A stretch of 37,455 nucleotides of DNA. It comes from Betaproteobacteria bacterium. GTDB taxonomy: Bacteria > Pseudomonadota > Gammaproteobacteria > Burkholderiales > SG8-41. Positions within the stretch are counted from its first letter, which is position 1, and each line of letters opens with the position of its first letter. The notes below the pieces were generated by a model. It saw nothing but the letters and a program-made list of their open reading frames with translations. It had not been told where the DNA came from and ran no database searches. The DNA lies in assembly GCA_021414185.1 (NCBI GenBank), contig JAIOOZ010000304.1:1-37455 (forward strand), read 5' to 3'. Below are positions 18,701-27,800 of this stretch, in pieces. The position numbers and the translations under genes are program-made.

Positions 18701-18970
18701 GCCCGCCGGCGGCTCGAGATTCGCCGCCTCTGTCGCGCGCGCTATCCTGGCTGGATCCGGCTGGTAGCTGTCGAGCAGCGCGTTGATGTCTTCGATGTTG
18801 CGCGGTGGCGCGGGGTAGCGACCGGACACTACGGATTCAAGATCCGCCGCCGGGAGCGGCTGCGCGCCCGCTGCCGAGCCGGCCGGCAGGCCACCCGCGG
18901 TCAGCGCAACCAGCGCAATGCACAGGCCCTGCGGGAAAATCTGGCGACGGCGGCTGGATGTCGGGTTCAT
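15701..18970 (-). CDS. exported TPR-repeat / CHAT-domain (caspase-fold) protein
   Basis: 1089 aa. The N-terminal signal has an RRR n-region (MNPTSSRRRQIFPQGLCIALVALTAGGLPAGSAAGA). About 600 aa of helical TPR-like repeats follow. The C-terminal CHAT core has the dyad contexts IAFATHG (His codon 16169..16171) and VVLSACNTAAGD (Cys codon 16016..16018). Strong SD GGAGGAGGG. Confidence 0.85.
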   Translation of the reverse strand: MNPTSSRRRQIFPQGLCIALVALTAGGLPAGSAAGAQPLPAADLESVVSGRYPAPPRNIEDINALLDSYQPDPARIARATEAANLEPPAGADKAALARFYFERSRARGELGMMSSHIADLRIAAEHAKGMTSGLGGQPDSNIEGRVLFELSIMERGGGNYVNALRLSEQLLSVTRSTARPNPAFLIAAYQGVASINAALGDLATAKESLALAERSLSSMSSWDVAYRRRFGATVERTRGDVALAEGKYAAAAQAYGKAVALMDENQEAYLGLIKKRGGELGTPGQFHFFRNLQEQDRADALVQLGRLADAEAAYRDVLMRNLRLFGRFSTASASTVGRLARVVSEQGRYREAESLSRIAVDTLEKTGVVPESIRLAETRKIYGATLVAQGKYREALPVYEAMQEGLARDPLLLQKFGTGDLNWGYALTMTGEAAKAAAMLQQLFDTARARLGDQDYSVAELRGYLAIALAASGDRAGASREFAMAVPVLLQLARQEQGGEESSGIARALRLTRILEAYIALLTQGSPGQEAVAESFRLADVARGSQVQRALSSSATRASIRDPQLAELARREQDGQHRLGVLTDLVNRLASAPRDQQLPKVVADMRAAIVALRSERAQLRTEIERRFPDYANLIDPKPTTVREAQAALQAGETLISIYVGADQTYVWAVPRQGEPVLAMAPLGEAQFIDIVGRLRRALDSGATGLAQIPSFDLARGQQVYDALLKPVEPAWKDAQSLLIVPHGALGQLPFALLPTGAAAEAGGTSVMFAQYKAVPWLVRRVAITQLPSVNTLVTLRKLPPGDAARRAFAGFGDPYFSKEQQAQAARESRVQLASADLGLRNLAIARVEATASSMDGLPASEAGAPPSVVGKHVANSSTLAQLARLPDTADEIREIAQALKADPAQDVFLGQTASERTVKRMDLSNRRVIAFATHGLVPGDLDGLTQPALALSAPAVADGDGDGLLSMDEILALKLNADWVVLSACNTAAGDGAGSEAVSGLGRAFFYAGARALLVSNWPVESVSARLLTTELFRRQMQDPNLTRAQALRQAMLALIDGPGASDNSGKMRYSYAHPMFWAPFSLVGDGAK

Positions 18971-19113
18971 GCCCTCCTCCTCTACGTTGCGCGCATGCGA
19001 CGCGTGGTCACCCGCCCGACGATTCGCGGCTCGACAGTGCGCGAGCCCAGACTGGCCCTCACAATACCAGCTTTCGCGCGCGAATCCCGCCCCGGCGCTT
19101 CGCCACGAAACGT

Positions 19114-20259
19114 TCAGCGCTCATTGCGAGTGAGCTTCCATTGCAGCAGCAGCATTCCGCCAAGCGCGCACACAGCCGCGCCGCTGAACGTACTCACCGC
19201 GCCGAAATGCTCCCATGCATATCCCGCGTACAACCCGCCCAGCGTGCCGCCCAAGCCGAATGTGAGGCTGGTGTAAATCGCCTGGCCACGCGCCTGGTTG
19301 CGGCCGCGGAAAAAGCGGTGCACGTAACCGAGTGCCGCCGCATGAAACGAGCCGAAGGTCGCGGCATGCAACGTTTGCGCGATCAGCAGCAACGCCAGGT
19401 TGTCGCCGCAGGATGCGATGATCGCGAAGCGGATGGCGGCGAGCCCGAAACTGGCAATCAGCACCTGGCGCAGCGTAAAAGCGCGGAACAAATGCGCCAT
19501 CCAGAAGAAAATCGCGATTTCGCAGATCACGCCCAGCGACCACAGCCAGCCGACCGCGCCCTTGGTGTAACCGTAGCCAACCAGGTGGATCGAGTAGAAC
19601 GTGTAATACGGCCCGTGCGCAACCGCCATCAGCGCGCACGCCACGATCAACGCAATGACCTGCGGCTCGCGCATGACGTGCGCAATCGGCGTGTGATCGT
19701 GCGCATGCGCCTCCTGCGGCGCTTCGGGAACCAGCAACAGCAATATGGTTACGCCGGCGAGGATCGCCAGCATGATCCACAGCAGCACGGCAATTGGCAC
19801 GACGTCGAGCACGTAACCCACGATCAGCACCGCTGCGATGAAGCCGAGCGAGCCCCACACGCGGATGCGCCCATACTCCGTGCTGCGCGCACCGAGATGC
19901 GAAAGTGTCGTGAGTTCGACCTGCGGCAGCGCCGCGCTCAGAAAAAAACTCATCAGCAACACGATGGCGAACAACGCTTCGAAGCTCTGGGCGGCAAACA
20001 GTCCGCAGTAGACCGCGGTACCGATGGCGGTGCAGATACGCGCAACGCGCAAGCGATGTCCGCCGTGATCGGCGAGCCATCCCCACAAATGCGGCGCGAC
20101 GATACGCACCAGTTGCGGCAGCGCCAGGATCGCGCCGATCCCGGCGGCAGCGATGCCGAGCGAACTCAGGTAAAGGCTGAAATACGGCGCGAACGCACCG
20201 AGATAGGCGAAGTAGAAAAAATAAACGCCGGCGAGCCGCCAATAAGGCAATGCGTGCAT
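19114..20259 (-). CDS. MFS transporter (PPP / HcaT-like subfamily)
   Basis: 381 aa with about 12 hydrophobic segments. The N-terminus WRLAGVYFFYFAYLGAFAPYFSLYL is typical of the MFS_1_like/HcaT group. The subfamily assignment is from memory. Confidence 0.75.
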   Translation of the reverse strand: MHALPYWRLAGVYFFYFAYLGAFAPYFSLYLSSLGIAAAGIGAILALPQLVRIVAPHLWGWLADHGGHRLRVARICTAIGTAVYCGLFAAQSFEALFAIVLLMSFFLSAALPQVELTTLSHLGARSTEYGRIRVWGSLGFIAAVLIVGYVLDVVPIAVLLWIMLAILAGVTILLLLVPEAPQEAHAHDHTPIAHVMREPQVIALIVACALMAVAHGPYYTFYSIHLVGYGYTKGAVGWLWSLGVICEIAIFFWMAHLFRAFTLRQVLIASFGLAAIRFAIIASCGDNLALLLIAQTLHAATFGSFHAAALGYVHRFFRGRNQARGQAIYTSLTFGLGGTLGGLYAGYAWEHFGAVSTFSGAAVCALGGMLLLQWKLTRNER

Positions 20260-20292
20260 TGCGCTACACCGCGCGAAGCCTGACGCCGCGCG

Positions 20293-21456
20293 TCACGCTT
20301 CGTCGGGATCGGGGTTCTCGGTGGCAGCCGCCGCGCGCAGTCGCGCGACCACGTCGCCCGGCGCCTGCGCCGCAATTTTCGGCGTCGCGCACTGCACATC
20401 GCCGTTTTGCGCGCGATGGCGCAATGCGTGGTCCATCAGGGTCAATGCCAGCATCGCTTCGCAAATCGGCGTCGCGCGTATGCCGACGCAGGGATCGTGC
20501 CGCCCGTGCGTCTCGATGGTCGTCGCATTGCCTGCCTTGTCGATAGTGCGGCGAGTGAGCCGTATGCTGGACGTCGGCTTGACGGCAACATTGACGATGA
20601 CATCCTGCCCGGTCGAAATGCCGCCGAGTATGCCGCCCGCATTGTTGGTGAGAAAACCCTGCGGCGACATCTCGTCGGAATGCTCGGTGCCTTTTTGCGC
20701 GACCGCCGCGAAACCGGCGCCGATCTCCACGCCTTTGACGGCGTTGATGCTCATCATGTTGTACGCGATATCGGCATCGAGCTTGTCGTACACCGGCTCG
20801 CCCCAGCCGACCGGCACGCCGGACGCAATGGTGGTGATTTTCGCGCCGACCGAATTACCGGACTTGCGCAGCTTGTCCATGAATTCTTCGAGCTGCGGCA
20901 CGGCGTCCGCATCCGCGACGAAAAACGGGTTGCTGCCAACGACATCCCAGGTTTTGAACGGCACTTCAAGCGGCCCCAGTTGCGACAGATAGCCGCGCAC
21001 CACGATCCCGTATTTTTCACGCAGCCATTTTTTCGCCACCGCCGCCGCGGCAACGCGCACCGCGGTCTCGCGCGCCGATTGCCGTCCGCCGCCGCGATAA
21101 TCGCGGATGCCGTACTTCTGCCAGTAGGTGTAATCGGCGTGGCCGGGACGAAACGAGTCCTTGATCTTCGAATAGTCTTTGCTTTTCGCATCCACGTTGC
21201 GGATCAGCAATCCGATCGGCGTGCCGGTCGTCTTGCCTTCGAACACGCCGGACAATATCTCGACGATGTCGTCCTCGCGGCGCTGCGTGACGTGGCGCGA
21301 GGTGCCGGGCTTGCGGCGGTCTAGATCGAGCTGGATATCGGCTTCCGACAATTCCATCCCCGGCGGGCAACCGTCAACCACGCAGCCGATCGCCGGCCCG
21401 TGACTCTCGCCGAACGAAGTCACGCAAAACAGTTTGCCGAGTGTGCTGCCTGACAT
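20293..21456 (-). CDS. aroC: chorismate synthase
   Basis: 387 aa, [33 protein letters not shown]...RHDPCVG. Confidence 0.95.
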   Translation of the reverse strand: MSGSTLGKLFCVTSFGESHGPAIGCVVDGCPPGMELSEADIQLDLDRRKPGTSRHVTQRREDDIVEILSGVFEGKTTGTPIGLLIRNVDAKSKDYSKIKDSFRPGHADYTYWQKYGIRDYRGGGRQSARETAVRVAAAAVAKKWLREKYGIVVRGYLSQLGPLEVPFKTWDVVGSNPFFVADADAVPQLEEFMDKLRKSGNSVGAKITTIASGVPVGWGEPVYDKLDADIAYNMMSINAVKGVEIGAGFAAVAQKGTEHSDEMSPQGFLTNNAGGILGGISTGQDVIVNVAVKPTSSIRLTRRTIDKAGNATTIETHGRHDPCVGIRATPICEAMLALTLMDHALRHRAQNGDVQCATPKIAAQAPGDVVARLRAAAATENPDPDEA

Positions 21457-21513
21457 GATGTTCTCGTATCGACCCGAAAAAACAGATTACGAGTTTAACA
21501 TAGCGCGTCCTGA

Positions 21514-22953
21514 CTACTTCGCCGCGTCGTCGCGCTCCGCCGCTTTGGCGCCTGCCGCCAGCTGGCGCATCAGCCGCCAAGCCATCGCGCCAAGTATCAG
21601 CACGCCGACGACCAGCGCGCCCCACAGGCTCCAGCGCTTCCAGTCGATGGCCGCGCGCAAGCGCTCGGCCCCGCCGAGTTCGTTTTGCGGAAAAGCCGCC
21701 GCATGACGCACGTTTACTTTTTGCGCAGCGGAAGTTTTCGCGGCCTTGATCGATTGGACCGCGTCTTCGCGGTAGCCCGGCACCAGCGTCTCGATCGCAA
21801 AAGCCGCGGGCTTCGCGCCGCCATTGCCGTACGCCAGCAGGAAGGGCGGCGCGCCGCGCGCGCTGAACACCAGGCGGTGCGGCAGCCAGCCCGCCTGTAT
21901 CTGCGGCAGGCCGGACCCGATGCCGCCGCCGCGCTGATCGACGCGCAAGAGCCAGTAACGGTCGGCCGTCACGCCGATGGCAAGGTCAGGGCTGGTGATT
22001 TCGCCACTCTGCTGGCGCAAGCGGTAAGCAACACCGCGCGCCACCGTGCGCCACGACTTTTCGGTCGCGTCCCGCGCCAGCAGTTCGAACTGCGCGACGG
22101 TATTCAGCTCCGGCAACTCGAAACGGATACGGTCTATCGGCGCATGGGCGCGCGTATCGAACACGTATTCGCCGGGTTTCTCGCCCTGCACTGCTTTGAA
22201 CGGCGCCCATTCGCGCGGAACATCGACGACCTTGTCGGCAAGCTCCCCGCGCACCATGGTGAGTTCAGGCTCAGCCTGCCCCCTGCCGTCGGCGAGCCAC
22301 GACAAGCGCAGATATTTCAGCTTCTGCTGCGGCAGCTCGATGCGCTTCTGTTCCAGCTTCTGGCCGCCGACTTCCAGACTGAGCAGGGGCGCGCCCGTAA
22401 CCAGCGGGCGCCATGCTGCGAGGTCATCGCTGCCATCGACCCTGAGCTTGCCCGAAAATCCGCCCGCCTCTGCTTTCCAATCCACGTCGAGCGCGCGCAA
22501 CGCGCGTTCGAGCGCCGTATTGTCGATGAGATAACCGGCCACGCGCGACTGCTTGTCGCTCGGACGCGCACCGCCGGAGGACATGACATTCACGCTCACG
22601 GCGCCGCCTGCGCTGCGTTGCACGCGGATCGACAGGGCATCAACGTTCTCGCCGGACTGTGCGCGCAACGGGAACAAAGTGAGTTTCTGCAGCGGCTGCG
22701 CCTCGCTGCTGGTCGCGCGACGCGGCCGCCACGCATGCGGCACCACCTCGCCGGCTCCGTTGAACACGCGCACATCGCCGAGGTCCGCGCGCGCAACGCC
22801 TTCGTACAGCGTCACCGGCGCCACTACTTCGTAAAGCGCTTCGCTGCCGTCGGCGTCGATAACGGCGCCGTACGCAAAGTCGGCGGGCTGCTCCGCGGCC
22901 AATGCAGGCGCCGCACAAAACATCGCTATCCCGGCAATGGTCCACGCTTTCAT
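21514..22953 (-). CDS. DUF3999-like exported protein with C-terminal membrane anchor
   Basis: The real start is the internal ATG 22953..22951 of the 940-aa track ORF, preceded by AAGGAGGA. The sequence begins MKAWTIAGIAMFCAAPALAAEQPADFAYGAVID...DLGDVRVFNGAGEVVPHAW. The C-terminal TM is WSLWGALVVGVLILGAMAW. The start overlaps the upstream stop (ATGA). The family call is from memory of sequence character. Confidence 0.7.
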   Translation of the reverse strand: MKAWTIAGIAMFCAAPALAAEQPADFAYGAVIDADGSEALYEVVAPVTLYEGVARADLGDVRVFNGAGEVVPHAWRPRRATSSEAQPLQKLTLFPLRAQSGENVDALSIRVQRSAGGAVSVNVMSSGGARPSDKQSRVAGYLIDNTALERALRALDVDWKAEAGGFSGKLRVDGSDDLAAWRPLVTGAPLLSLEVGGQKLEQKRIELPQQKLKYLRLSWLADGRGQAEPELTMVRGELADKVVDVPREWAPFKAVQGEKPGEYVFDTRAHAPIDRIRFELPELNTVAQFELLARDATEKSWRTVARGVAYRLRQQSGEITSPDLAIGVTADRYWLLRVDQRGGGIGSGLPQIQAGWLPHRLVFSARGAPPFLLAYGNGGAKPAAFAIETLVPGYREDAVQSIKAAKTSAAQKVNVRHAAAFPQNELGGAERLRAAIDWKRWSLWGALVVGVLILGAMAWRLMRQLAAGAKAAERDDAAK

Positions 22954-25841
22954 GCGGAATCCTCCTTGGTTTTGGGCGGCACCGGCGCGAAGTAGCCGAT
23001 CACGATCACCAGCAAGCCGACGCCGATGAACGATACCCAGCGTTCGACCGTGCCCGAATTGGCGAGGTCGATCAGAAAGAGCTTCACGATCACAGCGCCG
23101 AGCAGCGTCGCCCCGACCGCCCACAGCCCGCGCAACTGGCGGCGCGTTGCCATCACCATGGCGACCAGCGCGAGCAATGTCCAGAACAACGAGAACGCCG
23201 CCTGCACCAGCACCGAACGCATCATCGCGTCGAATCGGAATGGCACGTCCGCGTAATGGTGCAACGTGCGCAGCAGCACGCCATTCAGCGCAACAAAGGT
23301 AATCGCACCCAGCAGCTTGAGCGCAGCATTGGGGTCCGGCAAAGTCGCATCGGACAGGTCCAGTCGGCGCATGCCGATGAACCAGCTCACGATCGCCAAT
23401 AGCGCGCCCGCCTGCGCAAGATCGAGCGGATTCAGCAGCGGCACGTACGGCAGAGGCGCAGGATCGCCGTTGCTCGCGAAGTTCACGAAAAGTACCCAGC
23501 CCAGCAGGAAGACCGCCAGCGGCAGCGCGCCCGCATATAGATAGGCATGACGGTGCGCGGCGACCGGCCAGCCCAGGCGTTCGCCGCGCGCAGCGAACAG
23601 CGTTACCAGCGCACCGGGCACCAGCGCCCACGCAATCAGCGGCCACACGCGCCGGCCCTCGACATAGTGGTCGATCTGCCAGCCAACTTCCCACGACAAC
23701 ACGACCGCAAGCAACCAGAATCCCGCCGCGTGCAACCGCTCGAGCTGCGTCTGGTTGCGTCCTTTGTGCAGCTTCAGCACGTACAGATGCACTGCGAAGG
23801 CAACAATCCAGCCTATCCACGCCTGGGCCGCGAATGGATGCGGCTGCGCGCCCGGCGCCATGAACGTCCACAATAAAACCAGTGTAGACAGCGGCACGCT
23901 GGCCAGCGCGACAAAACGCGCCGCATTCCAGACGAGGCCGCGCCACAACAGCGCGAACATGGCGCAAGTGCCGGCGAAGAACAGTAACTGCGGATGGAGT
24001 CCCCAGGCATGGGGCGCGTGGCGCTCGATCTCCAGCAGTCCCGCACCGAACCACCACAAGACGCCCCAGATGAAAAGCACGCTGGCCGCTCCGAGCTCCG
24101 TCGCCGTCACACTTTCCGAATTTCTTTGCAGGTAATAGCTGCAGAACAACCCCCCCGCGCTGACCATGACGGCGCCGAGGTAAGCGCTGTTGAGTATCGG
24201 TGTTGCGCCGAACGGGCCGTGTCCTGCAAGAAAGGCAATGCCGGCGGCGATCTGCAACAGCAAGCCGAACGCGCGCGCAAGCGGACGTCCCTGGCGCACG
24301 CCGGTCCACACGATGGCCGCACCTTCGACCGCCCATACGGCAGAAGTGAGCCGGCCTTCAAACGCCAGCGGTACCGCGAGCGTCGCAAAGCCGACGCCGA
24401 GCGCCAGAAACGATTCGACGAGCAGCACCAGCGTTTGCTGCTTGCGCGCATAAAGAATAGTGGCCAGCGCGAGATAAAAGGCTGCCAGCGCGAACGCGCT
24501 CCACGCCGCGCCGAATTCCATGTCGCGCACGAGCGCGGTCTGCATACCGAAGGCAATCAGCGGCGTGCCGAACACCAGCGTGCCATCGACGTAATGCGTG
24601 AGCCGCGGCGCCTGGCGCAATGCGAACAGCACTGCGATTGCGACGTAGAACAGGAAAAACAAAATCAGAAAAGGCTCGGTCGTGGCGTAGAGTTCCGGCC
24701 GGTAATACTTGGAGCCCCACGCCAGCCCGATCACGAACGTGAACAGGAATCCGACCAGATTGAGTTCGCGCCATGACTTGTAGAACGCGATGACCAATAT
24801 GCCGACATCCAGCACCGCATAAAAACTGAACAGCGCAACGTGGCTGCCGCCGCCGGTGGACGTGAGTACCGGGGCGAGAAAACCGCCGATGACGCCCGTG
24901 ATCGCCAGAGTGCGCGAATCCTGCAGCACGGCAAGCGCGGCCGAAAATACGGCAACACCCGTCAGCACGACAAATGCAAACGTCGGCGGCAACAGGTGGT
25001 AGAGCCGCAGTGCCGCAAACACCGTCAGGTACATCAGCCCGATGCCGCCGCCCTGCAGCGCCAGCGCGTAACCGCTGCGCCGCTCGCGCAACCGCCAGCC
25101 GAACATGAGCAACGCAATCGCACCAACCGCCACCGCGGCGAGCCGCAGCTCGATTGGCACGATGTCGCGTTCGGCCGCGTACTTGAGCAAAAATGCGACG
25201 CCGAAAAACAACACGATGACGCCAATGCGCACCAGCGTGTTGCCGCCAAACAGCCACCGGGTCACCGGGTTGTCGGTGAGCAGATCCGGCTGCGTGGCGG
25301 CAGGCGTAGACGGGCCCTCCTGCGACGTAACGCGCTCGGCCGCAGGAGTCGGCGCGAGCGGCGAGGTAGCGAGCCCCTCCATTGCGATTGCCTCTTCGAC
25401 CGTAATCTCAGAACGCTGCACGATTGCAGCCGCTACCGGTGGCGTCGGTGGAGTGTAATCCGCAGGACGTCCGCCCGGATCCGGAATAGCGCCGTACTGC
25501 GTACCGCCGGAAGTCACGGTACTACCTTGCGCGTCTGGCGCAGTAGCCTGCTGAATTCCCGGCTTCTCGAGCGCAACCAGCCGCGAATGAATGTCCGCGA
25601 GCGATTTGTATATGTTGTCGACCTGGCGCTCGATATACGCGAGGCGTGTTGCAGTATCGTTCTGCGACGCGCCGGAGATCGTATCTGCGGTCCGTGCGGA
25701 TTCCCCTGTGCCCACATCCGACTTGGCAGACGCGCCCAGCGCCGCGCCGACTATCGTGCCCAGTATTGCGCCAAGAAACGCGGTGCCGAAACCACCCAGC
25801 GAACCGATCAGGCCGCCGATCACCAATCCTGCGAACCACAT
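22950..25841 (-). CDS. DUF2339-like giant polytopic membrane protein
   Basis: 963 aa. N-terminal glycine-zipper helix (GLVIGGLIGSLGGFGTAFLGAILGTIVGAALGA), a short coiled segment, a Pro/Thr linker, then about 25 hydrophobic segments by eye. SD AAGGAGGGG. Confidence 0.75.
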   Translation of the reverse strand: MWFAGLVIGGLIGSLGGFGTAFLGAILGTIVGAALGASAKSDVGTGESARTADTISGASQNDTATRLAYIERQVDNIYKSLADIHSRLVALEKPGIQQATAPDAQGSTVTSGGTQYGAIPDPGGRPADYTPPTPPVAAAIVQRSEITVEEAIAMEGLATSPLAPTPAAERVTSQEGPSTPAATQPDLLTDNPVTRWLFGGNTLVRIGVIVLFFGVAFLLKYAAERDIVPIELRLAAVAVGAIALLMFGWRLRERRSGYALALQGGGIGLMYLTVFAALRLYHLLPPTFAFVVLTGVAVFSAALAVLQDSRTLAITGVIGGFLAPVLTSTGGGSHVALFSFYAVLDVGILVIAFYKSWRELNLVGFLFTFVIGLAWGSKYYRPELYATTEPFLILFFLFYVAIAVLFALRQAPRLTHYVDGTLVFGTPLIAFGMQTALVRDMEFGAAWSAFALAAFYLALATILYARKQQTLVLLVESFLALGVGFATLAVPLAFEGRLTSAVWAVEGAAIVWTGVRQGRPLARAFGLLLQIAAGIAFLAGHGPFGATPILNSAYLGAVMVSAGGLFCSYYLQRNSESVTATELGAASVLFIWGVLWWFGAGLLEIERHAPHAWGLHPQLLFFAGTCAMFALLWRGLVWNAARFVALASVPLSTLVLLWTFMAPGAQPHPFAAQAWIGWIVAFAVHLYVLKLHKGRNQTQLERLHAAGFWLLAVVLSWEVGWQIDHYVEGRRVWPLIAWALVPGALVTLFAARGERLGWPVAAHRHAYLYAGALPLAVFLLGWVLFVNFASNGDPAPLPYVPLLNPLDLAQAGALLAIVSWFIGMRRLDLSDATLPDPNAALKLLGAITFVALNGVLLRTLHHYADVPFRFDAMMRSVLVQAAFSLFWTLLALVAMVMATRRQLRGLWAVGATLLGAVIVKLFLIDLANSGTVERWVSFIGVGLLVIVIGYFAPVPPKTKEDSA

Positions 25842-25885
25842 GGCCCCTCCTTTCCGGATGCGAATCTCAGAATGCGGTTAGAGAA

Positions 25886-27766
25886 TTATTTCCAGTCGCC
25901 GCGCAATACGGCAATGCGCTGCTGCAGGTACTCGGGCGTTGCCTGCTGCGGCGGCACCGGCGCGGCGACGACCAGTGATATTTTTTTGAATAGCGCGATG
26001 CGCGAGAGATTGGACATGGCGCGGCCATCCATGCGGCTGAAAAAGCTGCCCCACAAGCCGCGCAGCGCCATCGGCACCACCGGCACCGGCGTGCGCTCGA
26101 GTATCTGGGTAACGCCTGGCTTGAACGGGTACATCTCGCCGGTGTTCGTCATATAGCCCTCGGGAAATATGCAGATCAGATCGCCGGCGATAAGGCCCGC
26201 CGCAATATCGTCGTAGGCCTTTTCCAGCAACCGCGGGTCTTCCTTGCGCGTGGCGATCGGAATGGTTTTACCGGTGCGAAAAATGAATTTGAGCACGGGA
26301 ATCTGGAAGTTCTTGTAATACATGACGAAGCGGATCGGTCGGCGGCATGCCGCCGCGATGATCAGCGCATCGACGTAGCTCACGTGATTGCACACCAACA
26401 CCGCCGGCCCTTCTTCCGGAATGTTCTCCACGCCGCTTGTGTCGAGGCGGTAGATCGAATGCACCAGCAGCCAAATCAGGAAGCGCATCAGGAATTCGGG
26501 CACCAGCGAGAAGATGTAGATCGCGACCGCGGCATTGAGCAGCGCCGTAATCAGGAAGAGCTGCGGAATGGTGATGCCGGCATTGAGCAGCACGACGGCC
26601 ATGATTGCCGACGCCACCATGAACAACGCATTGAGGATGTTGTTGCCGGCGATGATGCGCGACTGATGACTGCGTTCGGCGCGGCTCTGGATCAGCGCAT
26701 ACAAAGGCACGATATAAAAGCCACCGAACACGCCGATCATGACAAGGTCGAACAGGATGCGCCAGTTGGCGGGATGCGCCAGGAACTGCATCGCCCCCAT
26801 GTGCTCCGTCACCGCCGTCGGGCTGGCAAAATAAAGGTCGAGCGCGAACAACGTGAGGCCTATGGAGCCGAACGGCACGAGACCTATTTCCACCTTGTGG
26901 CCCGACAGGCGTTCGCACAACAACGAGCCCGCGCCGACGCCAATGGAAAAAGTGGTAAGCATCACCGTCGCGACATGCTCGTCGCCGCCCAGCACGTCCT
27001 TGCAATAGTTCGGAAACTGCGCGAGCAGCGTGGCGCCATAAAACCAGAACCACGAGATGCCCAGCACCGAGAGGAACACCGTGCGGTTCTGCCGCGTGAA
27101 CTGCAGATTCGCCCACGTTTCGGTGAACGGGTTCCAGTTGATCTTGAGATCGGGCGCCGCCGGCGGCGCGCTCGGTACCGCGCGGCTCGTGAGATAACCC
27201 GCGCATGCTATTGCAATCACCGTAACCGAGACCAGCATGGCCGAGTTTTCCTGCGCGATAAGCACGCCGCCCAGCACGGTGCCGATCAAAATGGCGAGAA
27301 AGGTGCCGGACTCCACCAATCCGTTGCCGCCGACGAGCTCCTCGACTTTCAGGTGCTGGGGCAGGATCGAATACTTGACCGGCCCGAATATCGTCGAATG
27401 CAGCCCCATCAGAAACAGCGCGCCGATGAGTAAAGTCAGGTTCTTATTCAGGAAACCGGCCGCGCCTATCACCATGATGACGATTTCGAGCAGCTTCACG
27501 TAACGGATGATGCGCGACTTCTCGTATTTGTCGGCGAGCTGGCCGGCGGTCGCGGAAAACAGAAAGAACGGCAGGATGAAGAGTCCCGCGCACAGGTTCA
27601 CGAGCGTGCCGGAATTCAGCGTCGTGAGCGTTGCGGCATGAAACGCCAGCATGATAACGAGCGCGTTTTTGTACACGTTGTCGTTGAACGCGCCGAGAAA
27701 CTGCGTGCAGAAAAACGGCAGAAAACGCCGTTCGCGCATGAGACTGAACTGGTTCTGCCCGGACAT
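25886..27766 (-). CDS. fusion of LplT-type MFS lysophospholipid transporter and PlsC-family acyltransferase
   Basis: 626 aa. The N-terminal MFS part resembles LplT (RFLPFFCTQFLGAFNDNVYKNAL). The C-terminal part carries the acyltransferase H(X)4D box (CNHVSYVD) and the FPEG box (IFPEGYMTNTGE). SD AAGGAGAA. Confidence 0.8.
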   Translation of the reverse strand: MSGQNQFSLMRERRFLPFFCTQFLGAFNDNVYKNALVIMLAFHAATLTTLNSGTLVNLCAGLFILPFFLFSATAGQLADKYEKSRIIRYVKLLEIVIMVIGAAGFLNKNLTLLIGALFLMGLHSTIFGPVKYSILPQHLKVEELVGGNGLVESGTFLAILIGTVLGGVLIAQENSAMLVSVTVIAIACAGYLTSRAVPSAPPAAPDLKINWNPFTETWANLQFTRQNRTVFLSVLGISWFWFYGATLLAQFPNYCKDVLGGDEHVATVMLTTFSIGVGAGSLLCERLSGHKVEIGLVPFGSIGLTLFALDLYFASPTAVTEHMGAMQFLAHPANWRILFDLVMIGVFGGFYIVPLYALIQSRAERSHQSRIIAGNNILNALFMVASAIMAVVLLNAGITIPQLFLITALLNAAVAIYIFSLVPEFLMRFLIWLLVHSIYRLDTSGVENIPEEGPAVLVCNHVSYVDALIIAAACRRPIRFVMYYKNFQIPVLKFIFRTGKTIPIATRKEDPRLLEKAYDDIAAGLIAGDLICIFPEGYMTNTGEMYPFKPGVTQILERTPVPVVPMALRGLWGSFFSRMDGRAMSNLSRIALFKKISLVVAAPVPPQQATPEYLQQRIAVLRGDWK

Positions 27767-27800
27767 CCGCGGTTCTCCTTGTCAAATTGCGTGTTGCAGA

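Noticed and set aside
15701-18970. TPR-CHAT protein considered as part of a type III-E CRISPR (Craspase-like) or another recognised defence system.
   Set aside because: No cas genes, CRISPR repeats or other defence genes are nearby, and the protein carries an export signal. That is inconsistent with a cytoplasmic Cas-associated protease.
22954-24336. The N-terminal ~460 aa of the 940-aa track ORF 21514..24336.
   Set aside because: This part overlaps the DUF2339 gene out of frame and is Arg/Cys/Ala-rich nonsense. A signal peptide with a strong SD begins at the internal ATG 22953, exactly at the upstream stop.
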